64,000 nucleotides of DNA from Candidatus Micrarchaeota archaeon (lineage in GTDB: Archaea; Micrarchaeota; Micrarchaeia; Anstonellales; Bilamarchaeaceae): contig JBBSVN010000004.1 of the NCBI GenBank assembly GCA_038046765.1, positions 96,001-160,000 on the forward strand. The letters run 5' to 3'. The position numbers and the translations under genes are program-made. How positions within the stretch are numbered: position 1 is the stretch's first letter; the number at the start of each line of letters is the position of its first letter. This document shows, in pieces, positions 1-9,805 of this stretch. The notes beneath the pieces were generated by a model. It was not told where the DNA came from and did not search any database. It saw only the letters and a program-made list of their open reading frames with translations.

Positions 1-21
1 ATATTACAAATAGGTGTTAAT

Positions 22-270
22 ATGGTAAACATGACATTATCTATTCCAGAAGAATTATACAAAGAAATGCAAATCCATTCTGAATTAAAATGGAGTGAAG
101 TAGCTAGAAAAGCTTTTGAAATGAAAATAAGGGAATTACACTGGATGGATAAATTAGTTGAAAAAAGTGAATTGACAGAAAAGGATGTAAACGAAATCGG
201 ACACAAAATAAAAGCTGGGATAAGAAAAAGAATAGAGGCGAAATTAGATGAAGCTAGTCTTGGACAGTAA
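22..270 (+). CDS. RHH/CopG-like antitoxin
   Basis: N-terminal MVNMTLSIPEELY RHH-like pattern; overlaps the PIN gene. Confidence 0.7.
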   Translation: MVNMTLSIPEELYKEMQIHSELKWSEVARKAFEMKIRELHWMDKLVEKSELTEKDVNEIGHKIKAGIRKRIEAKLDEASLGQ

Positions 271-655
271 CATACTTTTTGCAGCAGCGATTCGTGATTC
301 AGTAACACGAAAAATTATTTCTGATTCTACAGAAGAATTTTTTATAATTCCAATGAATTATGAGGAATTAGAGGAACATAAAGAAGAACTTATTAAGAAG
401 TCAAAAATAGGTAGAGTCGGATTCGAATTGATTTTAGAACAGATAACTAGAAAATGCATATTTATTGAGGACGGCTCACTCGCAGGATATTGGCAAAAAG
501 CCAAGAAAATTATGGACGAAATTGATCCGGATGACACACCATTTATAGCAGCAGCATTGGCAATTAAAGCAGATATCTGGAGTGATGACCCTCATTTTGA
601 TGAACAAAGAGTAGTAAAGATTTGGAAAACACACCAATTAATAAACAAAATTTAA
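248..655 (+). CDS. PIN-domain toxin (VapC-like)
   Basis: LVLDSNIL, DPDD..FIAAA and IWSDD motifs. Confidence 0.9.
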   Translation: MKLVLDSNILFAAAIRDSVTRKIISDSTEEFFIIPMNYEELEEHKEELIKKSKIGRVGFELILEQITRKCIFIEDGSLAGYWQKAKKIMDEIDPDDTPFIAAALAIKADIWSDDPHFDEQRVVKIWKTHQLINKI

Positions 656-677
656 ATATAAATTACCTCAAAGTTAG

Positions 678-1481
678 ATGGAGTGCATAAAAACTAAAAA
701 ACATTCAAATGATAATTTACCCGTGTCAAAAATGAAACTGTCAGATTTGAAACCAATTGATTTTGGTCCTGGAAGCGAAAAAGGTAGTGTTGAAGTAGAT
801 AAAATTGTTTACAGCAATAAGAACAACATTAAACTTCTAATTTTAAGCGACATTCACGATGAAGAGATAGTACTTGAAAAGGCAAAAACGATTTGTGAAA
901 AAGAAAAACCAGATTATATCTTTATTGCAGGAGACACAACGAACTGCTCGGTTTCGTTTGTTGAAGATACATTAGATATGTTCAAAACTTTTGCGCCAAC
1001 TTTTATTGTACCCGGAAATAATGAACCAGAAAATGTGCTAAAATTTCTTGAAAGTAGAAAAGAATACATTCATGAAAAAAGAATAGAACTCGCAGACAGT
1101 TTAAACATCGTTGGTTTTGGATTTTCAAATATTACTCCTTATGGAACGCCCGGAGAATTAAGCGAAGAAGAAATTTATGAGCGAATGAGTAGGTTAGATA
1201 TTGACCAAAACACGCTTTTACTTTGTCATTGCCCGCCTTATGGGATTTTCGACCAGGGTGCGGGAAGTAGCAGGGAAAAGCACATTGGAAGCGTAGCAAT
1301 AAGAAAGATAATAGAAGAGAAAAAACCTTTTTTAATGTTCTGCGGTCATGCTCACGAATGGTTTGGAACTAAAAAATTGGGTGAAACTACAATAGTCAAA
1401 GTACTAGCTGCTAAATTAGGCGGAGCTGTAATACTAACCATAACAAATAAAAGAATAAACGCTGAATTTATAAGAATATGA
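678..1481 (+). CDS. Calcineurin-like metallophosphoesterase
   Basis: SDIH, AGD, GNNE, HCPP and GHAHE motifs. Confidence 0.9.
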   Translation: MECIKTKKHSNDNLPVSKMKLSDLKPIDFGPGSEKGSVEVDKIVYSNKNNIKLLILSDIHDEEIVLEKAKTICEKEKPDYIFIAGDTTNCSVSFVEDTLDMFKTFAPTFIVPGNNEPENVLKFLESRKEYIHEKRIELADSLNIVGFGFSNITPYGTPGELSEEEIYERMSRLDIDQNTLLLCHCPPYGIFDQGAGSSREKHIGSVAIRKIIEEKKPFLMFCGHAHEWFGTKKLGETTIVKVLAAKLGGAVILTITNKRINAEFIRI

Positions 1482-1876
1482 ATGAAATTACAATAACCGA
1501 AGCGAAGGGAACAGAATCACCAGAATTAATAGAATTCATCAAAACGATTTTTCCAAAATCAAGAATTAAAATAAGTGAACAAGACATCGTTTTTATTGCA
1601 AAAGATAACGAAAAACTAGTTGGTTTTGTTCACTTTCGAGAGTTGAAGAAGAGACAAGTATTGCAAGGAATAGGCGTGAGCGAAAGCCATAGGAATAGAG
1701 GCATAGGAAACATGCTCGTAAAAAAAGCCTTGCAAAATAAAGGTTTACAAAATCAGGAAATTTTATTAAAGGTTAAATCAACGAACATTGCAGCAATAAA
1801 TTTATACCAGAAAAATGGATTTACACAAAAGACGTTTGGAAGCGTAATTACGATGACTAAGAAGGTGAATAATTAG
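1478..1876 (+). CDS. GNAT acetyltransferase (RimI-like)
   Basis: V..SHRNRGIG acetyl-CoA motif; N.AAINLYQKNGF. Confidence 0.85.
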   Translation: MNEITITEAKGTESPELIEFIKTIFPKSRIKISEQDIVFIAKDNEKLVGFVHFRELKKRQVLQGIGVSESHRNRGIGNMLVKKALQNKGLQNQEILLKVKSTNIAAINLYQKNGFTQKTFGSVITMTKKVNN

Positions 1877-2523
1877 CAGGTTTCTTTAATCTGCGCTTCT
1901 CCGCTCGTCTTCTCCCAAGTCTTTTTCCACTTCTTTATTTTTATTGCATGTTTGAAAAAAGGAGCATTTGATACGAAAGTTTCGCCTTCTCCGCCTTCCA
2001 AATAAATGTTAATTTCTTTTTCTTTTCCTTTAGCTTTTACTTGTTCGACAAGTTTCTTGTATGGTTTACCAAGCAAATCTTTTTCTAAACCATCTGCCGC
2101 AACAGCAGTAACGTAGATTTCGAAATATTCTAAAAGTTCACTTAGCATCTCTTCTTTCTTATGCCAAAGCGGGGCGTAGGTCGGAATTCCTAATTCTTCT
2201 CCTAATTTATCGATTCGTCTTCTTTGATATTCACTAGCTAGAGCACCCGCAGCGATTCCTTCAACTTTTAATTTCTTTAGTAATTTCTTTAAATTTTCGA
2301 ACCAGTGAGCATCATCAGTCTCTAGAAAGTACTGCTTTAGACCTAAGGCTTTCGCCTGCAATTTAGTTTTATCAATATTAGGATGATGGAACATCATTGA
2401 GTGTTTTTCTCCTTTAACGGTAATTAAAATAGGTTCAAATCCTTGCGTAAGCGCCCAGAATACTGCGAAATTACTATCTTTTCCACCCGAATATAAACAC
2501 GCTACACGCATAAGCAAAACCAA
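1873..2523 (-). CDS. dph6: Diphthine--ammonia ligase (start may be 2511)
   Basis: LYSGGKDS PP-loop, SMMFH, SEYQ and EGGEGETFV. Confidence 0.85.
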   Translation of the reverse strand: MVLLMRVACLYSGGKDSNFAVFWALTQGFEPILITVKGEKHSMMFHHPNIDKTKLQAKALGLKQYFLETDDAHWFENLKKLLKKLKVEGIAAGALASEYQRRRIDKLGEELGIPTYAPLWHKKEEMLSELLEYFEIYVTAVAADGLEKDLLGKPYKKLVEQVKAKGKEKEINIYLEGGEGETFVSNAPFFKHAIKIKKWKKTWEKTSGEAQIKETC

Positions 2524-2560
2524 TATTAGAATTTATATTATTTGACATTTAAGTATCTGT

Positions 2561-3355
2561 ATGTTAAAAGCAATCTTATTCGATTTAGATGGCACAATTT
2601 ACGCGGGTAAAAATCCAATAAAAGGAGCAAAGGAAACAATAACAAAACTTAGGAACTCTGGACTCCAGATTTTCTTTATTTCTAATGCGAGTATGCGAAC
2701 AAGAAAAGAAGTTGCAACTAGATTAAACGACATGAAAATTTTCTGCGATGAAAAAGAAATTTATAATTCTGCTTACGTATCCGCTCGCTACATTGCTAAA
2801 AATTTTCCAGATGCAAATGTTTATTGCATTAGTTTAGGTGGACTGCAACAAGAACTTAGAGAAGCTGGAGTTAAGACAACCGAAAAGGAAGACACCAACA
2901 TCGTTCTTGCAGGGCTTGATACTAATTTTACTTATGACAAACTAAAAATCGCCTTTCGTGCAATTTATTATAATAATGCAAAGTTCTTTGCAACAAATAA
3001 GGATCATGTTTATACTTTAGAAGAGGGATTAGTACCAGGAGGGGGGACTATAATTGCAGCACTAGAGTATGCGACAAGAAGGAAGGCAATAAACCTGGGA
3101 AAACCAGAAAAATATTTGCTTGACGCGATACTTGCGGATAATCACCTGAAAAAGAGCGAAGTAATCTTAATTGGTGATAATTACGAAACAGATATTTTAA
3201 TGGCTAAAAAAGAAGGAATACGAAGCGTTCTTGTTTTAAGCGGAGTAACAAAAAAGAACGAACTTAAAAAGCTAAAGAAAAAACAAATGCCTGATTTTGT
3301 GATTGAAAAAATGAAGGAACTTGAAACGATCGTACAAGGATTATTTTCTTTTTAA
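2561..3355 (+). CDS. HAD-IIA (NagD-like) phosphatase
   Basis: FDLDGT, SN, GKP and IGDNYETDI motifs. Confidence 0.9.
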   Translation: MLKAILFDLDGTIYAGKNPIKGAKETITKLRNSGLQIFFISNASMRTRKEVATRLNDMKIFCDEKEIYNSAYVSARYIAKNFPDANVYCISLGGLQQELREAGVKTTEKEDTNIVLAGLDTNFTYDKLKIAFRAIYYNNAKFFATNKDHVYTLEEGLVPGGGTIIAALEYATRRKAINLGKPEKYLLDAILADNHLKKSEVILIGDNYETDILMAKKEGIRSVLVLSGVTKKNELKKLKKKQMPDFVIEKMKELETIVQGLFSF

Positions 3356-4231
3356 TGTTTCTGAAAATCTGGCAAGAGCTTCTAATTGTTCTTTTGAACC
3401 ACGAAAGGTCAACTCTTCTGAATCGCCCCCTAAATTAATGATTCCTTGAGCCGTTGGATGTACAAGAGCAAGACGTTGGACAAACGCCGGAGAACTTAAT
3501 TCTATTAAGCTACCAAGAGCTGTGTCTGGATTTTGATTAAAACATACGGTAGAACCAAGTCCTTGTTGCTTCCGATTCATGCCGCGTATCATAAGTCCAA
3601 TTTTTGGAGAATCTGAAACTAGAAGAATTAAATCGTAAGGGCTACCCACACCACCTGTTGGCATATAATCTGCATACGCTATTTGATAACCAAATTCATG
3701 TTTATTATCATATCCAAAATCATTATAATTAAGGGAGCGAATTTTACCTTTTAACTCAATTAAAATTTCATCGGCTTCATGCATTTCTTGATCATTAACT
3801 ATAGGCCTTAGGGTTCGCATATCCCGTAGTAATAAAAAAGGCGCATTATCAGCTGCAAAACCATGGTCACAATTTAATAAAGTATGACTCATCCCGCGGT
3901 AAACTGGAGGAACAAGTGCACGAACCTTTTTTGTCCTGCCTTCAAAGTTACATGTTATGGATACTGTTTCTCTAAAAATGCCATCTTTGCTAGTAGACAT
4001 GCCAAAAGTACCGCTATACCACAGGTATTTCCCAAGAGCGGATTCATGTATCATCTTGCAAACTTCTGGAAACATACCCTTTCCTTTTTCATTCTGCCGG
4101 AACATAGCTTCCTGAAAAGCAAAAGATGACATAATAGTAGCATGCTTCATATTAGATCTATGAATTAGTTCAAGCCATGTACATGGAGGAACGATCTCAA
4201 ACCGTTTACCAGCAACTAAGGATGTACGCAT
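3341..4231 (-). CDS. Hypothetical protein, possibly related to the C-terminal domain of the kinase at 41322-43124
   Basis: 296-aa ORF; SGT and GLMIRG segments parallel TGT and GLLVR of the kinase C-terminus. Confidence 0.55.
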   Translation of the reverse strand: MRTSLVAGKRFEIVPPCTWLELIHRSNMKHATIMSSFAFQEAMFRQNEKGKGMFPEVCKMIHESALGKYLWYSGTFGMSTSKDGIFRETVSITCNFEGRTKKVRALVPPVYRGMSHTLLNCDHGFAADNAPFLLLRDMRTLRPIVNDQEMHEADEILIELKGKIRSLNYNDFGYDNKHEFGYQIAYADYMPTGGVGSPYDLILLVSDSPKIGLMIRGMNRKQQGLGSTVCFNQNPDTALGSLIELSSPAFVQRLALVHPTAQGIINLGGDSEELTFRGSKEQLEALARFSETLKRK

Positions 4232-4323
4232 AATTAATGATTGAGCAATTAAACTTTATATACCTTTCTTTTACATAAAAAGTAACTAAAATGATTATAT
4301 AATTAAGATTATGATGGCATCTT

Positions 4324-4369
4324 GTCCACTCCATTTACCAAAACCATACCGATTTCGTTCAATCAATTT
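4324..4369. repeat. Direct repeat A, left copy (upstream of AAA ATPase)
   Basis: 42/46 identical to 5634-5679, with a 31-bp identical core ATTTACCAAAACCATACCGATTTCGTTCAAT. Confidence 0.9.
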
Positions 4370-4413
4370 ACTAAAATAGGTAGATTTATAAATTCCTTTG
4401 AGCATATCTTGTT

Positions 4414-5610
4414 ATGGATGATCGACTTATTGCTGCAAACTTACGTGCTATTGAAGAAGGTAAACGATACGTTAGAAAAAGATTTCTTTATGATAAGATG
4501 AAAACTTACCTTGGCGAGAAAATTTATCTTGGACTTGTTGGGCCTAGAGGAGCAGGAAAAACAATCCTCTTAAAGCAATTGCTAAGTGAATCACAAACAA
4601 CTGCATTCTATATTTCACTTGAAGAAAATCCAATAACTTCACTTTTTGACTTAGTTAAGGAACTTGAAAGCAAAGAATACAAAATCCTTCTTTTAGACGA
4701 AGTGCAGTTTTATCCTCATTTTGACTTAGCATTGAAAACTATTTATGAATCGACCAAAATAAAAATCATTTTTACAAGTTCAATTGCACTAGAATTATAC
4801 AAACTTGGTGCAGATTTATCAAGAAGAGTACGCTTACAGGAAATTCCTCCTCTTTCTTATAGAGAGTATCTTTTCTTCTCCCAAAAGGCAGTGTTTAGGG
4901 AATTCATTTTGGAGGACTTAAAAAATATAAGAACATGCGAAGAATTTGAAGCTTTGATTAGGCCGTATAATTCACTATTTGAAGAATACCTTAAAGGCAG
5001 AAACCTTATATTTAGCCTTGATGTAGTTGAACCATTACCGCTTTATCGTAACATAATTGACAAAATAATAAATCATGATTTAGTAAAAGCACAAGTGATA
5101 ACTGCGAATGAAACGATAACTGTGCAAAAGGTTCTGGAATTTATTGGAGCTTCTCCAGCTGAAAGCATAAGTTTTTCTTCTGTTGCAAAGAATCTTCAGG
5201 TAACAAAATACCTTGCTGAAAAATACTTAAGAGCACTTGAAAAAAGTTTTATTATTAACCTTGTTTTCCCTAAGGGAACGAATGTTTTAAAGGAGCCAAA
5301 AGTAACGATGATGTTGCCATATCGATTGTTATACAATAATTTTGATTCTTGCTTAGGGGCATTGAAAGAAGATTTCTTTACAGGAATTTTAAGATTTTCT
5401 AATCATGAATTTTATTATCTAAAATCTACAGAAGGAACAAAAACTCCCGATTATTTAGTTGGATCAGATGTAATCGAGATTGGGGGAACTTCAAAAGGAA
5501 GGTCACAATTTAAAGGTTTTGAAAATAAAACAAAGTGGATTTTAACTTACCCTGCTACGCCAATTGATGACATCAGGCGTCCGCTTACGTTTGCTGGGTT
5601 TTTATATTGA
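4414..5610 (+). CDS. AAA_14-type ATPase with C-terminal HTH/nuclease-like region (DUF4143-like)
   Basis: GPRGAGKT Walker A, LLLDEVQ Walker B, C-terminal PDY...EIG. Confidence 0.85.
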   Translation: MDDRLIAANLRAIEEGKRYVRKRFLYDKMKTYLGEKIYLGLVGPRGAGKTILLKQLLSESQTTAFYISLEENPITSLFDLVKELESKEYKILLLDEVQFYPHFDLALKTIYESTKIKIIFTSSIALELYKLGADLSRRVRLQEIPPLSYREYLFFSQKAVFREFILEDLKNIRTCEEFEALIRPYNSLFEEYLKGRNLIFSLDVVEPLPLYRNIIDKIINHDLVKAQVITANETITVQKVLEFIGASPAESISFSSVAKNLQVTKYLAEKYLRALEKSFIINLVFPKGTNVLKEPKVTMMLPYRLLYNNFDSCLGALKEDFFTGILRFSNHEFYYLKSTEGTKTPDYLVGSDVIEIGGTSKGRSQFKGFENKTKWILTYPATPIDDIRRPLTFAGFLY

Positions 5611-5633
5611 GGATTAATTTAAAGTCCGATTTC

Positions 5634-5679
5634 GTCCACTTGATTTACCAAAACCATACCGATTTCGTTCAATTGATTT
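5634..5679. repeat. Direct repeat A, right copy (downstream of AAA ATPase)
   Basis: Matches 4324-4369; part of a degenerate 33-bp tandem. Confidence 0.9.
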
Positions 5680-5848
5680 GACAAGATTGGATAATGATAT
5701 ACTAACTCAAAGAACTTTAAGAATGACCAACACCGACTGAAGCAGATTGAAACTAGAACATGCAAAGACAATCTGCTTCCTAAGCCACATCTACCAGAAT
5801 GACATAAGAATAGTGGCGTTGACTTGCCAAAGAAACAGATATTCCAAG

Positions 5849-6631
5849 TCAGAAGACTTCATCATGCATTTCGTCAGTACTAGCTGGAAGAAATACATCC
5901 CATTCAAAGCATCTAAGCATATCACGATCAACTAAATCATGAATGTCTGATCCAAGTGAACTAGAAAGAATTGTTTTAAGCTCCTTAGCCTGCCGATTAA
6001 CTTTTGCAATAGCTTCTTCCCGAGTTAAACCAAATGAGGTAGTTGACGCAAATGCGATTAATTCAACTGGACGTTCACCATGAGTTATTTTGTCAAGAAG
6101 CCGATTATACATTGCAATTTCACGATCAAGCATAATAGATTCTGAAGAGCTATCTTTAGTGTATTTTGACTTTTTAGATTCAGCAGAGCTTCTTTTAGTT
6201 TTTATTTCTTCTATATGCTTTGACAAATCAATTGCAGAAATTAAAAGAGAAATTTTAACTACATATTTTAAGGAACTTATTGCACGCTCGAAAGCTTCTA
6301 GCATAGATGTTTTCTGACTTTCCCCTTTTTCAATCGCACTTTCATAGAATTTAATTTCTAAGAACTTGCTGGCATAGTAACCATTTTCATTTTTTTTAAT
6401 TATATAGTCTCGTGAAGAAGGAACTTCGTAACTACCCCGTATTTCTACAATATTTGTTGCCTTGCTAAGCATTGGAAAGATAACATAGCCATATTTCCAA
6501 AACATTAATGCAAGTAAAAAACAGATACTTGCGAATGCGCTAAAAATTACACTTCCAAAACTCATAGATAAGAGCAGGGTAATTAATCCCCCAATCAAAC
6601 ATGCAATTGTGATTATACGATTGTAAAACAT
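5849..6631 (-). CDS. Membrane-anchored protein (2 N-terminal TM + coiled coil), possibly T4SS/Ced-like accessory
   Basis: Start reassigned to ATG 6631 (MFYNRII) because the ORF-track extension runs through a repeat element. Confidence 0.6.
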   Translation of the reverse strand: MFYNRIITIACLIGGLITLLLSMSFGSVIFSAFASICFLLALMFWKYGYVIFPMLSKATNIVEIRGSYEVPSSRDYIIKKNENGYYASKFLEIKFYESAIEKGESQKTSMLEAFERAISSLKYVVKISLLISAIDLSKHIEEIKTKRSSAESKKSKYTKDSSSESIMLDREIAMYNRLLDKITHGERPVELIAFASTTSFGLTREEAIAKVNRQAKELKTILSSSLGSDIHDLVDRDMLRCFEWDVFLPASTDEMHDEVF

Positions 6632-6643
6632 AGGTATCAACTC

Positions 6644-6724
6644 TAGCAATGAGCAGTGCGCATTGGGCAGTGAGCTACTAACTAAACGTTGCTCACGGCA
6701 CAAGGCTCAAGGCACAATAGCCAA
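6644..6724. repeat. Heptamer-palindrome intergenic element, copy 1
   Basis: (TGNGCNN)4 - CTAACTAAACGT core - (NGCWCAN)4. Confidence 0.85.
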
Positions 6725-7768
6725 TTATATATTTTTCGTTATTGAAATACTTATCATTTCACCACTAAGAATATTCCCGAACTCTTTTATAAATATGATA
6801 CTAACTACTAAAGAAAATATAGGTGCAAGAACTGAATAAAGCAGCACTTTTGAAATTGCAGCATTCGTACTTTGTATCATTACGGTCAGGTCATTAGTTA
6901 AATCAGTAGTAACTTTAGGAACAATAGTAATATTTGAGGAATTATTATTTGTAGAATTATTTTGGAACAGACTTTCCCGTCCTGCCAAAAAATCTAATTT
7001 TTCCGCAACCGCATTGTTATTGTTAAGATCGATTATTGGCGAAGGCGCGTATTCAGGGCTTTTAGTTATAACAGATATTTTCTCAACTGCAGCGGAGATT
7101 TCTATTTCTGGAGAACTGAACATTAATATAAATACTGGATAGAGCAGGAATAATGAAAGTGAAAGGGCAACTAAGAATCCACCTAGTTTACGTGTTGCAA
7201 AAAATGACCTGAACAATAACCCTAAGGGAAACAAGACTTGTACTGCATTTTGAGAAATGAATAATAATATTTGTAATTGTAACATTAACATTACAAGGAG
7301 AAACTGCGAGGTAGTAAGTTGAGAAAAAATCACGTTACTTATACCTTGTAAATTAGCTAATGGAGTAATCGAAAACGCCCCGAAATTTAACACAAGCGAT
7401 TGGTAATACCCTAAAATGTTTGAGGCCTTTGCTAGTTCACTAAAGAGAGTAAAAAAATTAGTACTTAGTTTATCAAATATACAGTATAGAATAGAAACTC
7501 CGTTTGGATTTGATATGTCACCACAAGACTGTCCTTTTACTGCTTCGTGGCTAATTATAGATAATGTTTCGTTAATTGTTACAAAACCCCCAACTAATGC
7601 AGCATTAACTATTGCTTGTAAAAGTTCTTCGACACCAAAATTTTCTATGCGTTTGTAACCAAATGCACGTCCTAAACCGATTGCGATACCAGAAATGATA
7701 ATCGAAATGACAACTAATAGAACTGCAATGTGCTGTACGTTTGGGTCAAAAATTAAAGCTTCGCTCAT
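6725..7768 (-). CDS. Multi-pass membrane protein (CedA/VirB6-like)
   Basis: About 6 TM segments; PLGLLFRSFFATRKLGGFLVAL resembles CedA-like proteins. Confidence 0.5.
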   Translation of the reverse strand: MSEALIFDPNVQHIAVLLVVISIIISGIAIGLGRAFGYKRIENFGVEELLQAIVNAALVGGFVTINETLSIISHEAVKGQSCGDISNPNGVSILYCIFDKLSTNFFTLFSELAKASNILGYYQSLVLNFGAFSITPLANLQGISNVIFSQLTTSQFLLVMLMLQLQILLFISQNAVQVLFPLGLLFRSFFATRKLGGFLVALSLSLFLLYPVFILMFSSPEIEISAAVEKISVITKSPEYAPSPIIDLNNNNAVAEKLDFLAGRESLFQNNSTNNNSSNITIVPKVTTDLTNDLTVMIQSTNAAISKVLLYSVLAPIFSLVVSIIFIKEFGNILSGEMISISITKNI

Positions 7769-7817
7769 TTAATCACACTATAAGATTAGATGAAAATCTT
7801 AGGCAAGGAATATAAAT

Positions 7818-8068
7818 ATGAGCCGTGCGCCATCTGAGCCTTGAGCAGTTGAGCAACGTTTAGTTAAATATACCTTCCACTAATTAAACGCATCAAATAA
7901 GCACAAATAAAACTTACACGGTCAAACAAAATACCTCTTGTGCGTGCGCCTGAAAAAGAGCAGATAATTATTTTTTTTACCCTTGTAGCGCCGAGCTAAT
8001 TCGTAGCGAGCGAATAGCAGATGGTGTAGTTAATAGCTCAAAGCCCATTGCACAAGGCTCAATGCTAA
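7818..8068. repeat. Heptamer-palindrome element, copy 2, split by a 159-bp insert
   Basis: Arms at 7818-7867 and 8027-8068; TAGTTAA duplicated at 7861-7867 and 8027-8033. Confidence 0.75.
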
Positions 8069-9334
8069 CTACAACTTTATCGTCTGCCCGATTTCTGGCG
8101 CAATCGCATCATAACCAAAGTCTTCCTTAAGTTCTGTTTCAAAAGCTTTAGCACAGTCACTATGCACGATAATTACTTTCTCTGCATTGGCATGTTTTAT
8201 GAAATTTAGAATGTCGCTTCGACCAGCGTGTGCGCTTAGATCTACGTAGTCAACTGGAAGCCCAACTTCAAGATCATGTTCATCAATCGTAACATAACCA
8301 TCATGACGCAGTTTCCACCCATTTGTTCCTTCAACAGAATACCCTGTAAAAATGATCATTGATTCAGGTGGAAGCCTTGTAAGATAACCTAGCACAGGAC
8401 CACCTTCCATCATACCTGCACTTGAAATTATCACGCTAGGATGCTCTGTCGCAAATTTTCTATCGCGCTCTCCGCCAATCATGTTAATAGTTTTTATTTT
8501 TCTTGAAAAATCATCGGGATTTTGTATATATCCCCTGTGTTTTTGATAAATAGAACTCATTGCCCTGCCCATGCCGTCAAGAAATATCGGAACTTTTTTG
8601 TTATGTTCCCTGATTATACTTACTAATTCCTGGCTTCTGCCCAAGGCAAATGAAGGAAATAAAACGCACCCTCCTTTTTTTATCGTTTCGTTTACCTGAT
8701 CCATAATTTTCTTTTCGCTTTTTAAGCGGTCGGGATGTTCTTTTTGGGCATAAGTTGAATCAATAATTACGACTCCTGCATCTTCAACGTATCTTGCGCC
8801 TTTATGCATTCTTGTTTCCTGGACTTTGAGGTCTCCAGTATAAAATATCCGCTTATTATTAAAATTAACATCAATCATTGAGGACCCCGATATATGTCCA
8901 GCATCAAGATATTTTACTTTTGTTTCCCCAAATGAAATTTCTTTATTATAGTGAATTGGCTGGAACTGGGTTAATGCTTTTTTAAAGTGATGTTCACGAT
9001 AAGGCAAATCATCCCCCATGATTTTCATCGAATCTCGCCAGAGTAATTCGCACAAATCCTTCGTAGGGGGGGTTGAAACCCATTTGACGTCACAGAAGGT
9101 ATAAAGATGTGGAACAAATCCCGCATGATCCATATGTGCGTGACTTATTAACGCTATATCCAGAGATTCTTTAACTGGCAATGGGTACTCGGGTTTATCA
9201 TCCTTACCAAAAATCTTAATACCATAATCTAAAAGCATAGTTTTATCTGTTCTTAGGACAAACGCACTTCTGCCTACTTCCTGGCTTGCGCCCAAACAAT
9301 GTAATGAAATATCTTGCATACATAGTATTAGCAT
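8069..9334 (-). CDS. MBL-fold beta-CASP ribonuclease (aCPSF2-like; start may be 9319)
   Basis: GASQEVGRS, HAHMDH, AGHISG, DSTY and SAHA motifs. Confidence 0.9.
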   Translation of the reverse strand: MLILCMQDISLHCLGASQEVGRSAFVLRTDKTMLLDYGIKIFGKDDKPEYPLPVKESLDIALISHAHMDHAGFVPHLYTFCDVKWVSTPPTKDLCELLWRDSMKIMGDDLPYREHHFKKALTQFQPIHYNKEISFGETKVKYLDAGHISGSSMIDVNFNNKRIFYTGDLKVQETRMHKGARYVEDAGVVIIDSTYAQKEHPDRLKSEKKIMDQVNETIKKGGCVLFPSFALGRSQELVSIIREHNKKVPIFLDGMGRAMSSIYQKHRGYIQNPDDFSRKIKTINMIGGERDRKFATEHPSVIISSAGMMEGGPVLGYLTRLPPESMIIFTGYSVEGTNGWKLRHDGYVTIDEHDLEVGLPVDYVDLSAHAGRSDILNFIKHANAEKVIIVHSDCAKAFETELKEDFGYDAIAPEIGQTIKL

Positions 9335-9359
9335 ACTTCTACAATTAAATAGTTTTCGA

Positions 9360-9797
9360 ATGCTTTACTTATTGATTAATATGGATTATTTCATACTTGA
9401 TGAGAACGACCCGCTTTGGCCAATTAAGAAAAACTTACTTTTAGCAATATTTTTAATAACAATACTTTACGCGATAGGTATAATTGTATATACGAATTTA
9501 GAAGGCTGGACTATCTTAGATTCTGCACTTTTTTTAACTGCAACGTTCACTACGATAGGTTATGGCGAAGTTCTTCCTAAAACGACTTTAGGAAAACTAT
9601 TTACAATTGCAATCGCATGGATAGGTATATCTACAGGATTTTTCTTACTTTATAGTATAGCTGCATATCGGGAAAAAGTAGTTGACAAAAATTTATTGCA
9701 AAGACTAAAGGTACTTAGAAATATTATGAGTGGAGAAGAAGAAAAGATAATTAATTTAAAACAAGAAAAAGAAAAAACAGTTAAGAATAAGAGGTAA
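9360..9797 (+). CDS. 2-TM potassium channel
   Basis: TFTTIGYG selectivity filter between two TM helices. Confidence 0.9.
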   Translation: MLYLLINMDYFILDENDPLWPIKKNLLLAIFLITILYAIGIIVYTNLEGWTILDSALFLTATFTTIGYGEVLPKTTLGKLFTIAIAWIGISTGFFLLYSIAAYREKVVDKNLLQRLKVLRNIMSGEEEKIINLKQEKEKTVKNKR

Positions 9798-9805
9798 ATA
9801 TTCAG

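Noticed and set aside
6632..6703. N-terminal extension of the 5849 ORF (likewise 31881-31925 for spt4)
   Set aside because: Read-through of heptamer repeat elements; better starts lie downstream
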